A model generated the notes under the pieces. It was not told the DNA's origin. It was given only the letters and a program-made list of their open reading frames with translations, and searched no databases. A stretch of 21,650 bases of DNA from Candidatus Magasanikiibacteriota bacterium (GTDB taxonomy: Bacteria; Patescibacteriota; Patescibacteriia; Magasanikbacterales; 2-02-FULL-50-9b), in the NCBI GenBank assembly GCA_943355025.1, contig CALRDW010000015.1:1-21650 (forward strand), given 5' to 3'. The translations under genes were made by a program, and so were the position numbers. Positions 6,829-15,137 of this stretch are shown here, in pieces. The stretch's first letter is position 1. Every line of letters begins with the position of its first letter.

Positions 6829-7581
6829 ATGAAAGTCCCAGAATTATCAGACATGCTCACAGCGGGCATGCACTTTGGTCATCGTTCAGAACGCTGGCAC
6901 CCGAAGAGCAAGCCGTATTTGTTTGGCGAGCGCCAAGGTATCCATGTAATTAATCTTGAAATCACTCAAGAGAAACTTGCAGAAGCGAGTGAATTCGCAA
7001 AGAGCCTTGCTATGCAGGGCAAAACAATTTTGTTTCTTGGCACAAAGCGTCAGGCACAAGAAGTAATTAAGCAGGAAGCAACGCGGTGCGGCATGCCATT
7101 TATTATCGAAGGTTGGATCGGAGGACTCGTCACCAACTTTGAAGAAATCGGCAAGCTTCTCGAACGCTATCGCAAGATGCGTGCAGATCGCGAAAGTGGC
7201 GCATGGGACAAATACACCAAGAAAGAGCGCTCGGTACTTCAGGCAGAATATGAAAAGAAGAGTGTAAATCTTGAGGGCGTAAGCTCACTCAAGCGCATTC
7301 CTGATGCAGTGTTCATCGTTGATATTCGCAACGAAAAAACTGCAATTGAAGAAACCATTACACGCAAAGTTCCAACAATTGCGATGACAGATACAAACGT
7401 GAATCCGGAACTCGTTACATACGCAATTCCAGCAAACGATGACGCGGTAAAATCAATTGCGCTCGTTGCATCATGCATCGCGGACGCAATTCTCGAAGGT
7501 ACAGCGCAGCGTCCAGCAGCACCAGAGCCGGTTGCAAAGCATCGAACGGATGCAGCACCAATAGTTACTGTTCGCCAATAA
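6829..7581 (+). CDS. rpsB: 30S ribosomal protein S2
   Basis: 250 aa. The N-terminus MLTAGMHFGHRSERWHPKSKPYLFGERQGIHVINLE matches the conserved S2 start (GVHFGHQTRRWNPKM...IHIINL). Shine-Dalgarno aaagg 8 nt upstream. Followed by tsf. Confidence 0.95.
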   Translation: MKVPELSDMLTAGMHFGHRSERWHPKSKPYLFGERQGIHVINLEITQEKLAEASEFAKSLAMQGKTILFLGTKRQAQEVIKQEATRCGMPFIIEGWIGGLVTNFEEIGKLLERYRKMRADRESGAWDKYTKKERSVLQAEYEKKSVNLEGVSSLKRIPDAVFIVDIRNEKTAIEETITRKVPTIAMTDTNVNPELVTYAIPANDDAVKSIALVASCIADAILEGTAQRPAAPEPVAKHRTDAAPIVTVRQ

Positions 7582-7620
7582 TTCTTCAACCACAAAAACT
7601 ACAAACGTTATCCAACTTGT

Positions 7621-8214
7621 ATGATCGATACAAAGCTCATTGCAGAAGTTCGTGAAAAAACGGGCGCAGGAATTGTTGATGTAAAATCGGCGCTTGAGGA
7701 GGCGGGTGGAAATGCGGAAGTCGCGATGGAATTACTTCGCAAAAAAGGAATCGCAAAGGCAGGCAAAAAATCTGATCGCGTTGCGGGCGAGGGAATCGTG
7801 TATTCTTACATTCACAACAATAATAAAATTGGTGTGCTCGTAGAATTACGATGCGAAACAGATTTTGTTGCGCGAAATGAAGCGTTCGTGCAGCTCGCGC
7901 GCGATGTCGCAATGCACATTGCTGCGATGAATCCGCTCTACCTCGACGAATCACAGGTTCCACAAGAAGTTATCGATAAGGAGCGCGAAATTTATAAGGC
8001 AGAAATGGAAGGTTCAAACAAACCAGAAGAAATCATGGTAAAAATTCTTGATGGTAAAATCGCAAAGTTTTATACAGACGCTTGTTTGTTAAAACAGCCA
8101 TTCATCAAGGACGAGGCCGTGACAATCGAAGAACTTGTTAAGACTTCCGGCGGACGCATGGGCGAAAATATTCATGTAAAGCGCTTCGTGCGTTTTCATC
8201 TCGGACAGGAATAA
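7621..8214 (+). CDS. tsf: Elongation factor Ts (short form, 197 aa)
   Basis: The N-terminal UBA-like segment LIAEVREKTGAGIVDVKSALEEAGGNAEVAMELLRKKGIAKAGKKSDRVAGEG is the conserved EF-Ts signature. Conserved rpsB-tsf order. The length indicates the short (Thermus-like) EF-Ts lacking the duplicated core subdomain. Confidence 0.92.
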   Translation: MIDTKLIAEVREKTGAGIVDVKSALEEAGGNAEVAMELLRKKGIAKAGKKSDRVAGEGIVYSYIHNNNKIGVLVELRCETDFVARNEAFVQLARDVAMHIAAMNPLYLDESQVPQEVIDKEREIYKAEMEGSNKPEEIMVKILDGKIAKFYTDACLLKQPFIKDEAVTIEELVKTSGGRMGENIHVKRFVRFHLGQE

Positions 8215-8242
8215 TCTTTCGCTCTGTCGCCTCGTGCGAATA

Positions 8243-8277
8243 GAAACAAAAACCGGCCTCAGCGGCCGGTTTTTTTT
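8243..8277. terminator. Bidirectional intrinsic terminator between tsf and the convergent 8289..8687 gene
   Basis: aaccggcc (8251-8258) / ggccggtt (8264-8271) stem with loop tcagc. Flanked by an A-run upstream (8243-8252) and T8 downstream (8270-8277). Confidence 0.8.
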
Positions 8278-8288
8278 GCGGAGCAATT

Positions 8289-8687
8289 TTAGGCAGTACG
8301 AAAGTCTATTGATTGGTCACGACTCAAAATTTCTTTTTCGTGTAACAGCCCAATTAGTTTGAAATTAAATACATCTTGGCGGCCCAATTTCATGCCAAAG
8401 CCATTATGAAAGGCATTCGTCTCTGCGCGGAATCCCTTGAACTCCTGTTTGAATTCTTTGAGATCTGCTTTAATTCCAGCCACATCTAACTTTGATTGAA
8501 CGGCATCAATCTTTAATTGAGCGACATCTGTCTTAAGCTCCAAGAGATCTGCTTGGATTGCGGTAAAGTGTTCCTCAAGCTCAGTATCGAGCTTTTTAAA
8601 ACGTTCAGAAGCTTCAGTTCTGAATGACTGAAGTTCTGTGAATATTGCCTCGAGTGTGATTTTTTTCTGGCCCTCCTTATGGGTCAT
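8289..8687 (-). CDS. Small coiled-coil hypothetical protein (132 aa from ATG 8687)
   Basis: The ORF-track N-terminal extension to 8807 would run through the DnaA-box cluster and the gap promoter. The internal ATG at 8687 is downstream of a minus-strand extended -10 (gTGaTATGCT, plus 8726-8735). The sequence is heptad-rich (LDTELEEHFTAIQADLLELKTDVAQLKIDAVQSKLDVAGIKADLKEFKQEFKGF). Confidence 0.5.
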   Translation of the reverse strand: MTHKEGQKKITLEAIFTELQSFRTEASERFKKLDTELEEHFTAIQADLLELKTDVAQLKIDAVQSKLDVAGIKADLKEFKQEFKGFRAETNAFHNGFGMKLGRQDVFNFKLIGLLHEKEILSRDQSIDFRTA

Positions 8688-8782
8688 ACAATGCGTGTTA
8701 GTGAATGATGTCGATTCTTGGATTGAGCATATCACGCTGAAAATGGTGCACAAGGGGCAAAAGTTGATAACTAAACAGTCGT

Positions 8783-8853
8783 TGTGGATAAGAAAAAAGT
8801 TATCCACTCGATTGAGTCTTTTTCATAGTTTATCCCTTTGGTAATCTGGATAA
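8783..8853. promoter_or_regulatory. Cluster of four DnaA-box-like 9-mers overlapping the gap promoter
   Basis: TGTGGATAA 8783-8791 (perfect) and TTATCCACT 8800-8808 (1 mismatch) form an inverted pair separated by gaaaaaag. TTATCCCTT 8830-8838 has 2 mismatches. TCTGGATAA 8845-8853 has 1 mismatch and abuts the extended -10. Confidence 0.4.
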
Positions 8854-8854
8854 G

Positions 8855-8863
8855 TGCTATAAT
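8855..8863 (+). promoter_or_regulatory. Extended -10 promoter of gap (TGcTATAAT), leaderless configuration
   Basis: TG 8855-8856 plus TATAAT 8858-8863. The ATG at 8872 lies 8 nt after the hexamer, so the TSS falls at or 1-2 nt before the start codon. No Shine-Dalgarno and no clear -35. Confidence 0.5.
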
Positions 8864-8871
8864 GTCGACAC

Positions 8872-9894
8872 ATGTTTTTATTTTCTATGCCAACTCGTGT
8901 TGCAATTAATGGATTCGGTCGTATCGGGCGTCAGGTTTTTAAAGCTGGATTTGGTCGCAAAGGAATTGAGTTTGTTGCGATCAATGATTTGTGCGACGCA
9001 GAAAATCTGGCCTATTTATTGGCAAATGATTCAGTATATGGCGCATGGCCACACAAGGTTTCGGCGAAGAACGGAATGCTACTTGTTGACGGCGTGAAAA
9101 TTCCTGTGCTGGCTGAAAAAGATCCAGCGATGTTGCCATGGGCGAAATTAAAAGTCGATGTTGCGATTGAATCAACAGGCCGATTTACAGACGAGGCAGG
9201 TTTGCAAAAACATATCACAGCAGGCGCGCGCAAGGCGATTTTATCAGCGCCAGCAAAGGGTGGTGGCGTTCCAACATTTGTACGCGGCGTTAATGATGCT
9301 GGTGGTATTGGCGGCGCAAAAATTTTGAACAATGCGAGTTGTACAACGAACTGCGTTGCGCCCGTGACCGCAATTATTCATTCGAGGTTCGGGGTTTTGA
9401 AGGCGGCAATGACCACAATTCATTCTTATACCGCGGATCAAGCACTCGTCGACGGCCCTCATAAAGACGTTCGACGAGGTCGGAGCGCAGCGCTCAATAT
9501 GATTCCAACTTCGACCGGCGCTGCAATTGCCGTGACTGAAACGATTCCGGAACTGAAGGGCTTGTTTGACGGAATTTCGATTCGCGTTCCAACGCCGGTT
9601 GGTTCGCTGTCAGATTTTACCTTTATTACAAAAAAGAAAACGACCAAAGAAGAGGTGAATACTGTGCTGCGCGCTGCGGCCAAAGAAAAGCGTTGGAAAG
9701 GAATTCTTGAGGTGTCGGAAGGCGGACTTGTTTCACACGACATTGTTGGAAATACAGCGAGCGCGATCGTTGACCTTGAATTTACGCAAGTGGTGGGCGG
9801 TGACCTCGTGAAAATTCTTGCATGGTATGACAATGAGTGGGGTTATTCGCATCGATTGATTGAGATGGTTGAGCTCGCAGCGAAATCAAAATAA
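8872..9894 (+). CDS. gap: Glyceraldehyde-3-phosphate dehydrogenase, type I
   Basis: 340 aa with Rossmann start RVAINGFGRIGRQV, active-site SCTTNC and C-terminal WYDNEWGYS. An alternative ATG at 8887 (MPTRVAING...) would need a leader. The ATG at 8872 fits the leaderless promoter geometry. Confidence 0.93.
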   Translation: MFLFSMPTRVAINGFGRIGRQVFKAGFGRKGIEFVAINDLCDAENLAYLLANDSVYGAWPHKVSAKNGMLLVDGVKIPVLAEKDPAMLPWAKLKVDVAIESTGRFTDEAGLQKHITAGARKAILSAPAKGGGVPTFVRGVNDAGGIGGAKILNNASCTTNCVAPVTAIIHSRFGVLKAAMTTIHSYTADQALVDGPHKDVRRGRSAALNMIPTSTGAAIAVTETIPELKGLFDGISIRVPTPVGSLSDFTFITKKKTTKEEVNTVLRAAAKEKRWKGILEVSEGGLVSHDIVGNTASAIVDLEFTQVVGGDLVKILAWYDNEWGYSHRLIEMVELAAKSK

Positions 9895-9909
9895 CTAATG
9901 AGGCGAACT

Positions 9910-11061
9910 ATGGCTTTACGAACACTTTTTGATGCGCCGATTGTTAAAGGCACGCACGTTTTGGTCCGCATTGATTCTGATGTTGAGATTATAAAAGGAA
10001 AAATTTTTGGGGAGTCCGCTTATCGGCTGGACTCCGCATTGCCAACATTGAAATACCTCTTAAAGAAGAAGGCTATCATTACCGTAATGGGACATTGCGG
10101 CCGCCCGAATGGAAAAAAAGTTGCAGCGTTGTCGCTGGCTCCAGTGCAAAAATATCTCGAAAGTAAACTCAAAGCAAAGTTGAATTTTTTGCCAAACACA
10201 CGGTTTGATGCGCGCGAGGAATTGAATGATGCGGATTATGCTCGAGAACTTGCCGCCGGTCAAGAGATTTTTATCAATGAGTCGTTTGCAAATGCACATC
10301 GTAAACACGCGTCGACAGTTGCGATTACAAAAATTCTTCCGTCGTTTGCTGGGTTACAATTTGAAAAAGAATTATGTGAACTTGCCTGTGTTCGTGATGC
10401 GGCCGAACCACCTACCGCACTTATTATCGGCGGCGCAAAAATTGAAACGAAAGTCCCAGTCATCGCACGATTTCTTAAATCTGCACGACATATTTTTATT
10501 GTGGGCGCGTCAGCGAATGCTTTTTTTGCAGCTCGTGGAATGCAGATTGGTGATTCACTCGTATCAAAAGAATCTATTATTGCGGCGCGAAAATTTTTGT
10601 CGCACGAAAATGTGTGTGTACCGATTGATGTAATTGTTGGACAGAAAAAAGGAGGGTCAAAATTTCGCGCAGTTGCGCTTCCTGAGCATGGCGCGGAAAA
10701 AAAGTTTAAGATCTGCGGCTCGGGTGAAGCAATTTTGGATGTTGGTCCAGCCACACTTCTCTTGATGTCGGAAAATATTGCGAGTGCACAAACAATTATT
10801 TGGAGTGGCCCTGCAGGACTTTTTGAGCGCGAACCGTTTCAACTTGGCTCTGCGCGGATTGCGAGACTGCTTTCATACGCAGGGCGCACTGGCACGCACG
10901 TTGTCGCGGGCGGTGGTGAAACTGTCACAAATATTTTGCAGAATAATATGTCGAAAGGGTTCGCGCACATTTCAACGGGCGGTGGCGCGATGCTTGAATT
11001 TTTAGGAGGCGTGGAGCTTCCTGCAATCAGGGCTTTGACGCAAAAAAAGTTAAGAATGTAA
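9910..11061 (+). CDS. pgk: Phosphoglycerate kinase
   Basis: 383 aa from ATG 9910, which has a GAGG Shine-Dalgarno 6 nt upstream. The ORF-track ATG at 9898 overlaps that Shine-Dalgarno. Follows gap with a 15-nt gap. PGK hallmarks: VLVRIDSDV N-terminal substrate-binding region, the GGA..E hinge motif (GGAKIETKVP) and the C-terminal GGGA motif (STGGGAMLEFL). Confidence 0.92.
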   Translation: MALRTLFDAPIVKGTHVLVRIDSDVEIIKGKIFGESAYRLDSALPTLKYLLKKKAIITVMGHCGRPNGKKVAALSLAPVQKYLESKLKAKLNFLPNTRFDAREELNDADYARELAAGQEIFINESFANAHRKHASTVAITKILPSFAGLQFEKELCELACVRDAAEPPTALIIGGAKIETKVPVIARFLKSARHIFIVGASANAFFAARGMQIGDSLVSKESIIAARKFLSHENVCVPIDVIVGQKKGGSKFRAVALPEHGAEKKFKICGSGEAILDVGPATLLLMSENIASAQTIIWSGPAGLFEREPFQLGSARIARLLSYAGRTGTHVVAGGGETVTNILQNNMSKGFAHISTGGGAMLEFLGGVELPAIRALTQKKLRM

Positions 11062-11094
11062 AGAATTTTGGCAATGCGCAGCGCACAACATCTC

Positions 11095-11123
11095 TTGACT
11101 AGGCACGGTTTTTGTGGTATATA
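11095..11123 (+). promoter_or_regulatory. Sigma70 promoter with extended -10 (TTGACT-17-TGgTATATA)
   Basis: TTGACT 11095-11100; 17-nt spacer; TG 11115-11116; TATATA 11118-11123. Downstream GAGGA Shine-Dalgarno 11151-11155, 8 nt before the ATG at 11164. Confidence 0.6.
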
Positions 11124-11163
11124 GTATTTCAACTTCCGTACAATCGGATTGAGGAATTGAACA

Positions 11164-12024
11164 ATGGAAACGCTTGAGGTGCTAGGACTGATGATTCTTA
11201 CTGTTGCTGCTGCGGTTGTGGCGAGCAGGCTTATGAACCGAGCTCAGCGTGCCAGAGAGGCCGAAGAGGTGAAGAAATTCGAAGCTGACAAGAAGCGGCG
11301 TATGACTCCGGTTGTACCAGCGGCAGCCGTGGCCGCGGTAGCTCCTGTGTCAGATGTCGGCGAGGATCATACGGAATTGGGGGCCGATGCAGACGACGAT
11401 GAATCCGAAGAGGTCGTTGAAAAGGAAGAAGATCGCTTTGAAAAGATCGAGCTCTTTTTTAGCGGTATTACCAAGGATGGCCGGTATTTTCGTTTGAAAC
11501 TTCGGCTCAGCGATGTCCTAATGTTTACATCGGCATACGACCGCGCATTCCAGGACGAGGAATCGGAGACGTTCGAGGAATTTGCGTGTGAAGAACTCGG
11601 CACCATGCTTGAATCGTGCGTTGATGCATACGCAACGACGCGAACGTATCAGCAGCTGGTTGATAGTCGAGCGGATTTCGCTTACGAGATCGAAGTGTTT
11701 TTCGCGGGGCTATCGAACGCAGATGGCATTGCGAATGGGTATGCCTGTAGTCTTGCTCCTGATTCTGAAGCTGAGGAGGATGCAGAAGATCTGGGCTGGA
11801 ATTACAAAAAGTTTTTCTCGGTTCGGTGGATTCGTTCGGACACTGGTGCAATTTACAGGGCGCATTACGTACGGATCGCACAGCAAGCGGCGGTGGTTGC
11901 TCCTGCGACGACTGCAGAAGAAGCTGAGGGCGGCGCGGACAAAAAACCAAGCGATGTCAGTGCCCCATCAAAATTGGCAGCAGCAGCACGCGCACAGCTC
12001 GGGGTCGAGCTCACCGCGTGTTGA
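11164..12024 (+). CDS. Hypothetical acidic protein with N-terminal membrane anchor (286 aa)
   Basis: One N-terminal TM helix (LGLMILTVAAAVVASRL), then a highly acidic and low-complexity N-terminal half (DADDDESEEVVEKEED) and an Ala-rich tail. Strong promoter and Shine-Dalgarno upstream, intrinsic terminator downstream. Locally GC-rich (~56%) relative to neighbours. Confidence 0.6.
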   Translation: METLEVLGLMILTVAAAVVASRLMNRAQRAREAEEVKKFEADKKRRMTPVVPAAAVAAVAPVSDVGEDHTELGADADDDESEEVVEKEEDRFEKIELFFSGITKDGRYFRLKLRLSDVLMFTSAYDRAFQDEESETFEEFACEELGTMLESCVDAYATTRTYQQLVDSRADFAYEIEVFFAGLSNADGIANGYACSLAPDSEAEEDAEDLGWNYKKFFSVRWIRSDTGAIYRAHYVRIAQQAAVVAPATTAEEAEGGADKKPSDVSAPSKLAAAARAQLGVELTAC

Positions 12025-12048
12025 AAAAAGTTCTTTGGTGAATGATGT

Positions 12049-12105
12049 GGCGATTGTTGAAACACTCTTTGTGAGAATTTCAACAATCGCCTTTTTTATT
12101 TTTTG
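12049..12105 (+). terminator. Intrinsic terminator after the 11164..12024 gene
   Basis: 14-bp perfect stem ggcgattgttgaaa (12049-12062) / tttcaacaatcgcc (12078-12091) with a 15-nt loop, followed by ttttttattttt (12092-12105). Confidence 0.75.
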
Positions 12106-12147
12106 CGAATACTGTATACTTTAAAAATCTTTAATACTCTTGTTCTT

Positions 12148-12996
12148 ATGACTTCCTTCGATTCCTGCCCATGTGGCAAAAAATGCTCTGAAAAAGGTGC
12201 GTGTGAAATGTGTTCAACCGATGCTGGCGGAGGACGATGCGGTTCATCTATTGGTGGCCGCCGTAACATGCACGCGATTGTTATTTTATTTTTAGTGATC
12301 GCGCTCGGAACGTACGCTGCAAAAAATATCAAACAGATGCGTTATATAGGTAAGCCTGACACAGGTCCACACACAATCATGGTTTCGGGCGACGGAAAAG
12401 TTACTGCTACACCGAACATCGCCGTAACAAACGTTGGACTTGTAACAGAAAAAACAAATGTCGCAGATGCACAGCTCGAAAATTCTCAGAAAATGAATGC
12501 GCTCATCGTCGCGATGCAACAACTCGGCATTTCGAAAGAGGATATTCGTACAGCGCAGTATCAAATTTATCCGAAGTATTCCTACGATCAAAAAACAGGG
12601 AGCTCGATTACGGGGTATACCGTTACACAAAGCGTTGAGGTAAAAATTCGTGACCTTACAAAAATTTCGCAGGTTCTTGCAAGTGCAGGGTCAGCAGGTG
12701 CGAATCAAGTCAGCGGTGTTCAATTTACAGTCGAGGATCCAAAAGTTCTCCGGGCAGAGGCTCGTGAAGAGGCGGTTGCTGACGCAAAAGAAAAGGCAGT
12801 AAAACTTGCAGCAGAGCTTGGCGTCGAGCTTGGAAAGCTTATTAGTTACAGTGAGACAACTAATAATAATGCGCCGTATCCGCAGATGATGATGCGGGAT
12901 TTAAATGTTGGTGCGTCACAGGAAGGCACGCCGAATATTCAATCAGGCACACTTGAAATCACTTCTGAAGTTTCGATTACCTACGAGATTGAATAG
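12148..12996 (+). CDS. SIMPL/DUF541-family (YggE / BP26-like) periplasmic protein. Start is uncertain: ATG 12148 adds a Cys-rich tail; ATG 12268 begins at the TM helix
   Basis: The C-terminal 230 aa show the SIMPL pattern of YggE-like 26-kDa periplasmic proteins (TVTQSVEVKIRDLTKISQVLASAGSAGANQVSGVQFTVEDPKVLRAEAREEAVADAKEKA). A hydrophobic signal-anchor MHAIVILFLVIALGTYAA begins at 12268. The ORF-track start at 12103 precedes the likely -10 (TATACT 12115-12120). Confidence 0.7.
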   Translation: MTSFDSCPCGKKCSEKGACEMCSTDAGGGRCGSSIGGRRNMHAIVILFLVIALGTYAAKNIKQMRYIGKPDTGPHTIMVSGDGKVTATPNIAVTNVGLVTEKTNVADAQLENSQKMNALIVAMQQLGISKEDIRTAQYQIYPKYSYDQKTGSSITGYTVTQSVEVKIRDLTKISQVLASAGSAGANQVSGVQFTVEDPKVLRAEAREEAVADAKEKAVKLAAELGVELGKLISYSETTNNNAPYPQMMMRDLNVGASQEGTPNIQSGTLEITSEVSITYEIE

Positions 12997-12997
12997 T

Positions 12998-14230
12998 ATG
13001 AAAATAACATCCGTCAAAGCGCAGGAAGTTTTGGATTCACGCGGGAACCCAACGGTGCGTGTTTTTATGACGGTCGGAAATAAAATTTTAAGCACTGCGT
13101 CGGTGCCGAGTGGGGCATCGACGGGTTCACATGAAGCACTTGAACTTCGCGATGGTGATAAAAAAAGATTTGGCGGCAAAGGTGTTTTGAAAGCTGTGCG
13201 GAATGTTGAAAAGATTATTGCGCAAAAACTTTTGGGCATGGATGTTCGTCGGCAGCGCGCGATTGACGAAATAATGCTGAAGCTCGACGGAACAAAAAAT
13301 AAATCGAAGCTTGGCGCGAATGCGATTTTGGGTGTTTCGCTTGCAGCAGCGCGCGCGGGAGCGGCGGTAAATCAAACCGAGCTGTGGCAGTATTTGCAAA
13401 AAACATTTCGTCTCAAATCAGGCGCGAAATTTCCGCACCCAACCATGAATGTCATCAACGGTGGTGTGCACGCAGACTCTGGTTTGTCGGTTCAAGAATT
13501 CATGCTCATTCCACAGCAGAAAAAATTTGCGGAGCGCGTGCGCGTTGGCGCGGAAGTTTTTGCAGCACTTAAATTGTTGCTTAAAGCTGAGGGCTATGCG
13601 GTTGGCGTTGGCGATGAGGGTGGATTTGCGCCACATCTCGGTGGCTCAGAGAAAGCGTTGCAGATTTTGATGACCGCGATTCAGCGAGCCGGGTATAAGC
13701 CGGGCTCGGACGTGAAATTAGGTATGGATGCGGCGGCATCGGAATTTTACGACAAAGGTTTTTATAATTTTGAAGGAAAGAAAAAAACAGGTGATCAGAT
13801 GATTGATATGATTGCGGGTTGGACGCAAAAATATCCGCTCGTGTCTGTCGAAGATCCGCTTCACGAAGATGATTGGGAGCACTGGAAGAAATTTACGGCA
13901 AAGCTTGGTCATGCGATTACGATTGTTGGCGACGATCTATTTGTTACAAATGTTGAACGATTAAAAATGGGCATTGAGAAAAAAGTTGGAAACGCGATTT
14001 TAATTAAATTGAATCAGATTGGCACACTCTCAGAAACAATTGATACGATACAACTCGCGCAAAAACATAAGTACAAAGTTTCGATTTCACATCGCTCGGG
14101 AGAAACAGCGGATACGTTTATCGCGGACCTCGCGATTGCGGTCGGCGCGGATTTTTTAAAGTCAGGGTCGTTGTCTCGGAGTGAGCGTGTCGAAAAATAT
14201 AATCGAGTTATGGAAGTCGAGCGGGGTTGA
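12998..14230 (+). CDS. eno: Enolase (phosphopyruvate hydratase)
   Basis: 410 aa from ATG 12998, 1 nt after the SIMPL stop. The N-terminus MKITSVKAQEVLDSRGNPTV matches the canonical enolase start (EILDSRGNPTVE). Conserved SHRSGETED-type motif present as SHRSGETADT. The ORF-track start at 12905 would overlap the upstream gene in another frame. Confidence 0.95.
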   Translation: MKITSVKAQEVLDSRGNPTVRVFMTVGNKILSTASVPSGASTGSHEALELRDGDKKRFGGKGVLKAVRNVEKIIAQKLLGMDVRRQRAIDEIMLKLDGTKNKSKLGANAILGVSLAAARAGAAVNQTELWQYLQKTFRLKSGAKFPHPTMNVINGGVHADSGLSVQEFMLIPQQKKFAERVRVGAEVFAALKLLLKAEGYAVGVGDEGGFAPHLGGSEKALQILMTAIQRAGYKPGSDVKLGMDAAASEFYDKGFYNFEGKKKTGDQMIDMIAGWTQKYPLVSVEDPLHEDDWEHWKKFTAKLGHAITIVGDDLFVTNVERLKMGIEKKVGNAILIKLNQIGTLSETIDTIQLAQKHKYKVSISHRSGETADTFIADLAIAVGADFLKSGSLSRSERVEKYNRVMEVERG

Positions 14231-14255
14231 CAAAATCCCGAAATTTTGTTAGATT
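14227..14255 (+). promoter_or_regulatory. Candidate promoter overlapping the eno stop (TTGACA-17-TAGATT)
   Basis: TTGACA 14227-14232; 17-nt spacer; TAGATT 14250-14255. Followed by GGAGG 14274-14278 and GTG 14285. Confidence 0.4.
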
Positions 14256-14284
14256 TGAGACCAACATTCCTTTGGAGGAATATC

Positions 14285-15106
14285 GTGCTCAATCGGACTC
14301 GATCATTAAAAAAGAAAATTCGTGATTTGCGCGTGGAAGTGTTCGCATTTCGTGTTGCCGATGCGTTTGAGTGGCTTCATCAGAATTCGAGCGTAAGTTC
14401 TGTTGTTAACTACATGACCAAACAGCCGGGTTATTCCAGTTCGGTTGGTCTTTTGTTGGCATGCGTGGCGATGATCTTGGTGCTTGCTTTCATGGCAGTA
14501 ACTGGTCGGCCATTTGCGTGGTATGCCACGGCCCTCGTTGCTCTCGTGGGAGTCGGCGCATTTGTCTCAGCGCTGATTGTTTGTTTATGCGCCGTTCTTT
14601 CGATGCGCGAATCGCGACTCAGCGAAAAAGAACGATCTCAGATTGGTCGTTTGCACGCCTCTTTCCGGGAAATACAGTCCGCGGCAAAAAAAGCTGAGCG
14701 ACAGTTTCATGCAACAGCCGTGATCAAAGCGCTGCATCGTGGCGAGAAGATTTCGCAGGGTGACGTGTTCGAGCGTTCAGTGACGCTGGTTGACGCAGCC
14801 ATGATTGAGGTAATGACCGAATTTCAGGTACTCAGCGATGTATGTCAGAAAACCTGCGTTACTAAGATTGCTGAGCTGCCCGTCGAAATAATTCATACTG
14901 CAGCGGATTTCCCTATTGTTCCTATTCACCTGAGTAGAATAGCGGATAGCCTTGTGGCTTATGAGAAAGCCGTGGCCGATGCGTCTGCTGGCGGAGACGA
15001 GGCAAAAAAGAGTGTTGATGAGGCGCTGCAACGATTCGAGCAATCTCTAAATACTCTCGTGGAGTTTGGCGGAGTCATGGCTCAGAAAGTCCCTGCTCTA
15101 GCGTAA
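14285..15106 (+). CDS. Hypothetical membrane protein (two TM helices, C-terminal soluble helical domain), 273 aa from GTG 14285
   Basis: The GTG at 14285 has a GGAGG Shine-Dalgarno 6 nt upstream. The ORF-track TTG at 14246 lies within the promoter. Two hydrophobic helices (LLLACVAMILVLAFMAVTG; ALVALVGVGAFVSALIVCLCAVL). No recognisable family. Confidence 0.6.
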   Translation: MLNRTRSLKKKIRDLRVEVFAFRVADAFEWLHQNSSVSSVVNYMTKQPGYSSSVGLLLACVAMILVLAFMAVTGRPFAWYATALVALVGVGAFVSALIVCLCAVLSMRESRLSEKERSQIGRLHASFREIQSAAKKAERQFHATAVIKALHRGEKISQGDVFERSVTLVDAAMIEVMTEFQVLSDVCQKTCVTKIAELPVEIIHTAADFPIVPIHLSRIADSLVAYEKAVADASAGGDEAKKSVDEALQRFEQSLNTLVEFGGVMAQKVPALA

Positions 15107-15137
15107 TATGCGTCGATCTTTAAACGAAATCAGTTGG

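Noticed and set aside
6600-6830. Contig chimerism at the GC/strand switch
   Set aside because: Cannot be excluded. The junction contains a well-formed rpsB promoter and leader and no N-runs or obvious artefact, so a genuine genomic junction is assumed. Flagged in findings for read-level verification.
12905-12997. Upstream extension of enolase to 12905
   Set aside because: It would overlap the SIMPL gene in a different frame. The conserved enolase N-terminus begins at ATG 12998.
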